Source: Candidatus Zixiibacteriota bacterium (GTDB lineage: Bacteria; Zixibacteria; MSB-5A5; WJJR01). Taken from it: DNA of 16,768 nucleotides. A program made the position numbers and the translations under genes. Each line of letters begins with the position of its first letter. Position 1 is the stretch's first letter. The notes below the pieces were generated by a model. The model saw only the letters and a list, made by a program, of their open reading frames with translations. It had not been told where the DNA came from and ran no database searches. Shown here piece after piece: positions 8,949 through 15,281 of the stretch. The DNA lies in assembly GCA_036170655.1 (NCBI GenBank), contig JAVHPP010000045.1, positions 1-16,768 on the forward strand. The letters are read 5' to 3'.

Positions 8949-9518
8949 TTAAGTCCAAATCGACTTGAGTTTCTTCTTGAGAAGTACGCGGGCGCGAAAA
9001 ATGCGTGCCTTGACCGTACCAACCGGAAGATTCAGTTGCCCGGCAATCTCCTCGTACGATTTGTCCTGCTGATGGCGCAGGACAATGACCTCGCGGTACT
9101 TGGGCGGCAGCGAGGCGATGGCGTCCTGGATCGTGATCTCGCGCCGCCGTTTGTAGAGATTCTCTTCCGGATTCTGCGACCAGTCGGGGATCTCGAACCC
9201 CACCTCGCCATCCTGAGTCGGGATCGGCTTGTCCAGCGAGAGCGCTTCGATGCGCTTCTTGCGCAGGTAATCGATGGCATTGTTGGCGGCGATCTTGTAC
9301 AGCCATGTCGAAAACCGGTATTCGAAGCGGTAGGTCGCCAGGGACCCTAACGCCTTCATGAATGTTTCCTGCACCAAGTCGGTCGATTCATCCGGGTTGT
9401 GGATGATCTTGTCGATGACGTGGTAGATCGCCTGACGGTGCCGGTTCAGGAGTTCCCGGTACGCCCGTTGATCGCCAGCCAGCGCCTCTTTGATCAGCCG
9501 TTCATCGGATTCGGCCAC
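8949..9518 (-). CDS. sigW: ECF sigma factor, SigW/RpoE-like
   Basis: 189 aa; DLVQETFMKA, FSTWLYKIAANNAIDYLRK (region 2), LPPKYREVIVL..SYEEIA..LNLPVGTVKARIFRAR (region 4); GTG start. The symbol reflects similarity and the promoter motif, not proven orthology. Confidence 0.9.
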   Translation of the reverse strand: MAESDERLIKEALAGDQRAYRELLNRHRQAIYHVIDKIIHNPDESTDLVQETFMKALGSLATYRFEYRFSTWLYKIAANNAIDYLRKKRIEALSLDKPIPTQDGEVGFEIPDWSQNPEENLYKRRREITIQDAIASLPPKYREVIVLRHQQDKSYEEIAGQLNLPVGTVKARIFRARVLLKKKLKSIWT

Positions 9519-9540
9519 CTGGGCACCCGCACTTTGAGTT

Positions 9541-9566
9541 TACGATGTCGCCAACACAATGTTTCA
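9541..9566 (-). promoter_or_regulatory. SigW-type ECF promoter, probably autoregulatory
   Basis: The minus strand reads TGAAAC-attgtgttggcgacat(16 bp)-CGTA, identical to the Bacillus subtilis SigW consensus, ending 22 nt upstream of the GTG at 9518. Confidence 0.8.
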
Positions 9567-9673
9567 CCCCGGCGAAATCCCACCCGGAGCCGCTGGAACA
9601 TACTCTGCAGACGGGATACAGGCCACCGGAAAGAGGGAGAGTGGTCGCTTCGCACCCAATGTCCGGCAGACCT

Positions 9674-10594
9674 TCAGGCGACCCAGTCAGCGCACAACAC
9701 TTCGGCCTGCTCCAGCACGGTCTGTGTGGCCTGCACCTCTTTGTCCGGGGGATAGCCGTACTTCCTGAGTATTCTTTTCACCATGACACGAAGCCCGGCT
9801 TTGACCGTTTCCTTCAGTGTCCAATCGATCGTCACGTTGCCGCGCACGGTCGTGACCAGTTCACGGGCAATCGTCATCAATGTCTCGTCGCCCAGAACCT
9901 TGACCGCGCTGTCGTTGACGCCGAGTGCGTCATAGAAGGCGACCTCGTCCTCTGTCAGCCCAAGTTGTTCACCGCGCTTGTCAGCATCGCGGATCTCCTT
10001 CGCGAGTGCGATGAGCTCTTCAATCACCTCCATAGTCTCAATGGCGCGATTCTGATACGCGCGGATGCTCTTTTCAAGCAGCTCGGCAAATGAACGTGAC
10101 TGGACCACGTTCTTCTTTGCCCGCCTCTTGATTTCTCCGTTGACGAAAACGACAACGTCGGGTCGCCGGTTGTGTTGTCCTTCAACAACGGTGAACTGGT
10201 TCACGGCCAGCCAGTCGTTGTTCCCAGGTACGTCGAAGTCAAGCACGCGCGCCGGCGCGCCGGCTATTGAACCATCGGCGCGGCGGTATTCCACCGTGAC
10301 GCCGTCCACCAGCATCCGGTGCACGGCGCGATTGCGTTCGACCAGCGACGGCGCGTCGATGCGCGTCAGCTTGCGGAAAGCATCTTCAAGTGCCTCTGCG
10401 GGCACATCGGGGTTGAGCCGAACCAGCGCCTCGCGCAGGCGCCGCTCCAAGATCACATCGCGGCAATTCGGGTCGGTCCGCTCCGTTGCTGGCTCTCCGG
10501 GCGCAATGGCCGGGCCGTACAGCACGGAGTACCCCAAGCCCTCCAGCCAGTCGAGGGTGGCCTTTTCGACGACGGATTCGGTGAAGTTGCTCAC
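9674..10594 (-). pseudogene. hsdR: Type I restriction subunit R with a large in-frame internal deletion (HSDR_N part fused to the DUF3387 C-terminus)
   Basis: The N-terminus [19 protein letters not shown]...[11 protein letters not shown]...[11 protein letters not shown] joins directly to the C-terminal [21 protein letters not shown]...FYDAL...TIDWT...RKYGYPPDK. No ExK motif and no helicase motifs; 306 aa versus about 1000 aa for typical HsdR. Confidence 0.85.
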
Positions 10595-11322
10595 CCGCCC
10601 TTCTTCCGTTGTTGTCTCTTTCGGTAAAGGCGCTCGGTGAACCCGCCCTCATTCTCAAAGGCCGTCGCCTGTGCCTTCAACTGGCGGTCGAGTAGATAGC
10701 AGCAGAGGTTCAAGAGAGCGAGTGCCGCGTTGGCCACAAGCACGGCGGAGGAAGCGGACTCAGACGGATTGCCACTGACCGGCACGGACTCGCGGGAGTT
10801 GTCACCGTCCTGCACGGACTCACACGGACTGTCACCGACCGGCACGGACGATTCAGCCTGAGTGGGAGCTCCGTGCTCGTCCGTGTTGGTCCGTGTCTGT
10901 CCTTGTCCCTGCCCGAGGCTCCCCGCCCGCTCTTTGTCCACCCACGCGCGCACGTCGTCCAGCGTGGCGCAGCGCCGTGCCTTGAACCGCTTCAGGGCCG
11001 GGTGTTCCGGAGCCCATTGCGGCAGATCGCGCTGCCGCAGGTAGTCCTCGTAGTCCAGCCGGAGTTCTTCCAGGCTGGCCCGCGCCACGTTGGTCAGTTT
11101 GAGTTCCGTCTTCTTGGAAGTGCCAGAGGCCTGGCTTCCCTCGGCAATGTTCTGCACACCGCTCCGTGCCGCCTGCACCATTTGGTCGCGGGTCCGGCTG
11201 CGCCGGTCGATATAACGGTCGCAGAATCGCACCGTAACGTCATAAACCAACTGCGCCAACTGGAAGCTCTTCAACTTCCGGTAGCCCCCGTGTTTCGGGA
11301 TCAGTGGTTCATCCGGTTTCAC
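10591..11322 (-). CDS. Four-helix-bundle protein (23S rRNA IVP/Avd-like family) with the four-helix-bundle suffix domain
   Basis: GGYRKLKSF...YDVT..FC...[18 protein letters not shown]...[21 protein letters not shown]; suffix ANAALAL...YLLDRQL...[14 protein letters not shown] start 3 nt after the hsdS stop; its stop overlaps the hsdR GTG (GTGA). Confidence 0.88.
   Translation of the reverse strand: MKPDEPLIPKHGGYRKLKSFQLAQLVYDVTVRFCDRYIDRRSRTRDQMVQAARSGVQNIAEGSQASGTSKKTELKLTNVARASLEELRLDYEDYLRQRDLPQWAPEHPALKRFKARRCATLDDVRAWVDKERAGSLGQGQGQTRTNTDEHGAPTQAESSVPVGDSPCESVQDGDNSRESVPVSGNPSESASSAVLVANAALALLNLCCYLLDRQLKAQATAFENEGGFTERLYRKRQQRKKGG
10751..10910. repeat. Inverted array of 10-bp repeats (core CACGGAC / GTCCGTG) inside the four-helix-bundle gene
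   Basis: 10751-10850: ten consecutive decamers (gaagcggact, cagacggatt, gccactgacc, ggcacggact, cgcgggagtt, gtcaccgtcc, tgcacggact, cacacggact, gtcaccgacc, ggcacggacg). 10871-10910: ccgtgctcgt, ccgtgttggt, ccgtgtctgt, ccttgtccct in the opposite orientation. Confidence 0.85.
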
Positions 11323-11325
11323 GCT

Positions 11326-11697
11326 TCAACCCCGTCTGTGTGAGGCTTTGCCCGTCTCAGCCCCTCGGACACCATCCCCAACGAACCTCTCCGCATTCTT
11401 GATGCGAATCTCCCCCGAAATCAGCTTCGGCAGCAGTGTGTCGCGAAGGGCGGCGAGGGTGCGGGATTCGACACAGTGCAGAATGATCTGGTCGACGATG
11501 GGCCCCAGCGTGTTGTTTGCCGCGTCGAAAATGCCGTGATTGGGCACGACGGCCTTCGCGTCGGACAAATGATAGCGCTGTATGTGGCCCATGGTCGTGG
11601 CCTTGCCTGCGGCGATGTGCCTGAAGCTATCAAGGCGTTCGTGAATCCAGAGGTAGTAGAACCACCGGTCTGTCTTTTGCTTCGGGCTCATCGGCAA
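11326..11697 (-). pseudogene. hsdS: 5'-truncated type I RM specificity subunit (C-terminal part only)
   Basis: WFYYLWIH...IAAGKATTMGHIQR..LS.AK.VVP and the conserved HsdS end SRTLAALRDTLLPKLISGEIRIK. Only 123 aa, recognisable similarity starts near 11667, and there is no hsdM upstream. Confidence 0.82.
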
Positions 11698-11849
11698 CAG
11701 AGTCAGGGATCGACTTCACTCCAAGAAAGCACTGAGCTCAGTTCCGGGCAAGGGTCACGTTGAAGGGCCATACCTCCCTCGCCCCACCCCCACAAAGTAT
11801 TGGGTCCGCACAATAATCCGCCACAACAGCCGCATGATAAGCCATTCGA

Positions 11850-11862
11850 TTTCAACGTGTTA
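11850..11862 (+). promoter_or_regulatory. Putative IHF binding site
   Basis: TTTCAACGTGTTA, one mismatch to WATCAANNNNTTR, centred about 59 bp upstream of the predicted sigma-54 TSS. Confidence 0.5.
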
Positions 11863-11888
11863 GCGGATCGCCCACCCGCCCGAACCGA

Positions 11889-11904
11889 TGGCAAGGCACT
11901 TGCA
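11889..11904 (+). promoter_or_regulatory. Sigma-54 (-24/-12) promoter
   Basis: TGGCAAGGCACTTGCA versus the consensus TGGCACG-N4-TTGCW; exact GG-N10-GC spacing; predicted TSS about 11915. Confidence 0.75.
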
Positions 11905-12010
11905 ATAGCCAATTCGTGTACAAGTGGCCTCAAGCCACGCCGATAATATACCTGGGGGATCAGAAGCCCGCTTCGCCCTCGGGGACCAACTGTTCTCGAA
12001 GGGAGCGGAC

Positions 12011-12151
12011 ATGCCTAAGCAGCGGAAATCCGGGTTGAGACGGCGACAGAAGTCCTTCTGGCATCTCTACAGCCTGCAGACGCTCAGCTCGGAGAAGTTT
12101 ATCAAGGTGGTCGACAAGATCTTAAAGGACGAGTTCCACCTGATCAAATAG
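12011..12151 (+). CDS. Small basic hypothetical protein (46 aa): MPKQRKSGLRRRQKSFWHLYSLQTLSSEKFIKVVDKILKDEFHLIK
   Basis: SD GGGAG at 12001-12005, 5 nt before the ATG; mostly GC-ending codons (AAG, GTC, GAC, ATC, CTG); upstream sigma-54 promoter; amphipathic C-terminal helix. Confidence 0.65.
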   Translation: MPKQRKSGLRRRQKSFWHLYSLQTLSSEKFIKVVDKILKDEFHLIK

Positions 12152-12333
12152 GACACGCGGTCGACCCTGCCCGGCTCCTTCGGCAGTCTTTAGATGATGG
12201 GTTGCGACCGCCATCCCCAGAAGGGGGAATCTAAATGGTCGATCACAATCCGTCGTGGCGTGGTCACACGCCAAGCGCAACCTGTTGGCGTAAACATAGT
12301 TCTGTTTATTGTCCGGTTCTCGCAACCTTTCTC

Positions 12334-12362
12334 TTGACAGTGTAAAGGGCATTGGATATCCT
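12334..12362 (+). promoter_or_regulatory. Sigma-70 promoter of the M23 gene
   Basis: TTGACA (12334-12339) -17 bp- TATCCT (12357-12362). Confidence 0.7.
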
Positions 12363-12413
12363 GCCGGGTCTTTTTGGCCGAAGGGAGTTCGGCCTTTAGG
12401 AGGGTTGGGAAGG

Positions 12414-13361
12414 ATGAAGCAGACAAAGAGATACCACTTGGTGGTCATTCCTCCGTCAACGGATGGGGTCAGGCAGTACTCACTTCCACAATGGATCGTA
12501 CCAGGCGCGATCAGCGCTTCGGCGTTGCTGATTATGGCTACCGTTGTGCTGAGTTTCCTGGTAGCCCGTAATGTCTCGCGTGCCGAGCGTTTGGACTCCC
12601 AAGTGCAAGAGAACATTGTTTTGCGATCACAGATGTCCAGTCTGACGCAGGATCTCGCGGTCCTGCGGAAACAATTGGGGTCGCTGGAGGAAGCGGAGAA
12701 GCGCGTGCGCGCGGTATTCGGCTTCCCGGAGATCGACCCGGCCGAACGGGCCCTTGGCACCGGCGGTTCGGTCGTGCCGTTCAACAGCGCCATGAGTCTG
12801 GCTGACCAAGAGAGATACGGTTTGGAGTCCGAGGTTGACCGACTGATGCGCCGTTGCACGTTCGAGCGGGAGAACTACGGGGCGATATGGGATGGGCTTC
12901 TCGAACGGAAGGCGAAGCTCGACCGAACACCGTCGTTGCTCCCGGTGAACGGCTTTTTGGCGCGAGGGTTTGGAATCAAGCCGGATCCGTTCACGGGTCA
13001 GGAGCGTTTGCATTCCGGCGTCGATCTGGCGACCAATATCGGGACCCCGGTTCATGCCCCCGCCGACGGGATAGTTCTCTCCGCGGGATATCAGCCCCAG
13101 TATGGAAACATCATCACGATTGACCACGGCGATGGAGTGCAAACCTGCTACGGCCATCTGTCTCGCTTCGCCGTGAAGGCGAAGACGAGGATCCACCGTG
13201 GCGATGTCATCGGATATGTCGGCAACACCGGGTATTCCACCGGGCCGCATGTTCACTACGAGGTCCATGTGAATGGAAAGCCGGTCAATCCCATGAACTA
13301 CATTTACAACGGAGATGGGCTGGCGGGTTTGGTGGCCGTAGCGCCCCAACCAACACCGTAA
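12414..13361 (+). CDS. M23 family metallopeptidase (peptidoglycan DD-endopeptidase) with TM anchor and coiled coil
   Basis: HSGVD (HxxxD), YGHLS, GNTGYSTGPHVHYEV (HxH); N-terminal TM helix and coiled coil. ATG 12414 follows a purine-rich SD region and lies downstream of the promoter. Confidence 0.92.
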   Translation: MKQTKRYHLVVIPPSTDGVRQYSLPQWIVPGAISASALLIMATVVLSFLVARNVSRAERLDSQVQENIVLRSQMSSLTQDLAVLRKQLGSLEEAEKRVRAVFGFPEIDPAERALGTGGSVVPFNSAMSLADQERYGLESEVDRLMRRCTFERENYGAIWDGLLERKAKLDRTPSLLPVNGFLARGFGIKPDPFTGQERLHSGVDLATNIGTPVHAPADGIVLSAGYQPQYGNIITIDHGDGVQTCYGHLSRFAVKAKTRIHRGDVIGYVGNTGYSTGPHVHYEVHVNGKPVNPMNYIYNGDGLAGLVAVAPQPTP

Positions 13362-13390
13362 TCTTCCCATCCGCGATCGATTGACCATGC

Positions 13391-13420
13391 AGCCCCGCTG
13401 GGTAGTCCGGCGGGGTTTGT
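13391..13420 (+). terminator. Rho-independent terminator after the M23 gene
   Basis: AGCCCCGCTGG-gtagt-CCGGCGGGGTT then TGT. Confidence 0.65.
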
Positions 13421-13612
13421 CCATGTATAAGGGGAACAGAGCGGGTGCCGGTTCGGTTGTTAAACAGGCCGATCTGCCGCTTGAGAGCGGAGAAATGCTG
13501 TAAGTCTGTGGCTTTCTCGAAAAATATATACGCCATCAGGTGCCAGATCGTTGTATGTTAAATGGGTTCCGGTGTTTGAGTTGCCATGCGGGCCAGAGTT
13601 CTCGCAGACGAT

Positions 13613-14332
13613 ATGCCCAAGCGTAAATCACCAGTCCAAAAGCCGCGTCGCCGTCGCCCCTCTCCGAAATCTGAGGAAGCGCCGACATCGCCGGTGGATG
13701 AGCGTCAGAACCTGCCAGCCGACAATCTCGAACCCGTTGCCGATGAGTATGACGAGACGTACGTCAAAGAAGTCATCAAAGAGATCCAAGCTGGCAAGGG
13801 TCACTTGTTCAAGGAGTTGATCGACCGCTACCGGTCTCAAGTCGCCGGGATCGCGTTCAAGATGGTCGGCGACTACGATGATGCCAAAGACATCACGCAG
13901 ATGGTTTTTGTGAAGACGTTCTACAATATCAAGCGTTTCGACACATCCAAGCGTTTTTCCACCTGGCTCTACCGTATCGCGGTCAATGCGTCCATCGACT
14001 ATATCCGCAAGTTCAAGAAGCACAAGTTCGAAGAAATCGACGACATGACCGAGCCGCGTGACGCGCCGCTTTCAACCCAGACTCCTGAACAGGTCTACCG
14101 GTTGAAGGAGTTGCGTGAGTACATTCTCAAGGCCGCGCGGAAGCTCAACGAGAAGCAGTACACCGCCTTTGTCCTCAAAGACCTCGAGGGACTCGATATC
14201 GACGAGATCGCGCAAATCATGGGGATGCCGCAAGCGACTGTCCGGTGGTATCTCCATCGGGCGCGTAAACAACTCCGTGGGGACCTGCGGCGGCACTTTG
14301 GACCAATCCTCGACAAGCTCGGCATATCTTGA
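13613..14332 (+). CDS. ECF sigma factor with a basic/acidic disordered N-terminal extension
   Basis: DAKDITQMVFVK, FSTWLYRIAVNASIDYIRK, LKDLEGLDIDEIAQIMGMPQATVRWYLHRAR. Start at ATG 13613 or 13586. Confidence 0.9.
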   Translation: MPKRKSPVQKPRRRRPSPKSEEAPTSPVDERQNLPADNLEPVADEYDETYVKEVIKEIQAGKGHLFKELIDRYRSQVAGIAFKMVGDYDDAKDITQMVFVKTFYNIKRFDTSKRFSTWLYRIAVNASIDYIRKFKKHKFEEIDDMTEPRDAPLSTQTPEQVYRLKELREYILKAARKLNEKQYTAFVLKDLEGLDIDEIAQIMGMPQATVRWYLHRARKQLRGDLRRHFGPILDKLGIS

Positions 14333-14495
14333 ATTGTGAGTTGTTGGGCTCGTGCCCGAAACCTTGTGTCGATCTCTGAACACTCACCTCCCCGCAGCCG
14401 GGATCTTCGACGTGGAGGGTCTTACCAGTTGCTCGGACTGACGACGGTCATATATTGGACACGTCTGAAGCGGGAGTCTGACAAAGGAGGTCACC

Positions 14496-15185
14496 ATGCC
14501 GAGTGTCCAATATCTTTCCCATTCCTGTTTTCTGGTCAGCGCAGGCGGGAAGAAGCTGATTATTGATCCGTTTCTCACCGGGAATCCCAAGGCCACGATG
14601 AGGGCCGATGACGTTAAGGCCGATTATGTGCTGCTGAGCCATGGCCACGGCGACCATTTGGGTGATGCCTTGGAGATTGCAGGGAGTAACAGTGCCACGA
14701 TCATTGCTCCCAATGAACTGGCGGTTTACTGCGCCAACAAGGGCGCCAAGACCCATCCGATGCACATTGGCGGAGGATGGGATTTCGATTTCGGCCGTGT
14801 CAAACTCACGATTGCGCACCACGGCTCTGCGATTGGTCCTGGTCCTTATGGGTGGGAATACACCGGCAGTCCCTGCGGATTTCTGGTCATGGCTGATGGC
14901 AGGACACTCTACCACGCGGGCGACACGGGGATCTTCTATGACATGAAATTGATTGGCGAAATGCATCCCGTTGACCTGGCGCTTTTGCCCATCGGAGACA
15001 ATTTTACCATGGGCGTTGATGACGCGATCAAGGCCGTCGAACTGCTCCGGCCCAAACACGCCGTGCCAATGCACTATGACACGTTCGATCTGATCAAAGC
15101 CGACCCGGGCAGGTTTGCGGCTGGTGCCCAGCGCAGTGGCGTCAAGGTCACGGTCCTGCGTGTTGGAGAGAGTCTCACCTACTGA
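14496..15185 (+). CDS. Metal-dependent hydrolase, metallo-beta-lactamase fold (UPF0173-like)
   Basis: SD AAGGAGG; YLSHSCF, IIDPFL, SHGHGDH (HxHxDH), YHAGDT, LLPIGDNFTMG, PMHYDTF. Confidence 0.92.
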   Translation: MPSVQYLSHSCFLVSAGGKKLIIDPFLTGNPKATMRADDVKADYVLLSHGHGDHLGDALEIAGSNSATIIAPNELAVYCANKGAKTHPMHIGGGWDFDFGRVKLTIAHHGSAIGPGPYGWEYTGSPCGFLVMADGRTLYHAGDTGIFYDMKLIGEMHPVDLALLPIGDNFTMGVDDAIKAVELLRPKHAVPMHYDTFDLIKADPGRFAAGAQRSGVKVTVLRVGESLTY

Positions 15186-15281
15186 CGGGATGTGCACGGC
15201 ACCGCTCAAAGACAACCGTTGCGGTTTCCTGTCGTGATAGCGACTCCGGCAATTTGAATCACAATCCGTCTGAGTATTGAA

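Noticed and set aside
10751..10910. CRISPR array
   Set aside because: Units are 10 bp, degenerate and directly tandem with no unique spacers, and they lie inside a CDS; no cas genes.
10591..11322. Diversity-generating retroelement (Avd-like gene)
   Set aside because: No reverse transcriptase and no TR/VR pair with adenine-specific mismatches seen in the window.
11700..11725. tRNA 3'-end/att-like fragment (GGATCGACT...TCCA)
   Set aside because: No GTTCGA T-loop or cloverleaf, no matching direct repeat at the other side of the remnant, and no integrase.
11703..11771. Minus-strand 22-codon ORF MALQRDPCPELSSVLSWSEVDP as a frameshifted piece of hsdS or a peptide gene
   Set aside because: The SWS-like match is too close to WFYYLW compared with typical HsdS, and the SD-like GGAGGT abuts the ATG with no spacing.
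12414..13361. Conserved M23-bactofilin module
   Set aside because: The bactofilin-like gene is 4.6 kb away on the other strand in a separate operon and is a polytopic membrane type; no linkage can be claimed.
15211..15236. GACAAC-N16-CGTG ECF-like promoter upstream of the AsmA gene
   Set aside because: Three mismatches to the TGAAAC/CGTA motif (after the AAC and CGT cores); too weak without comparative data.
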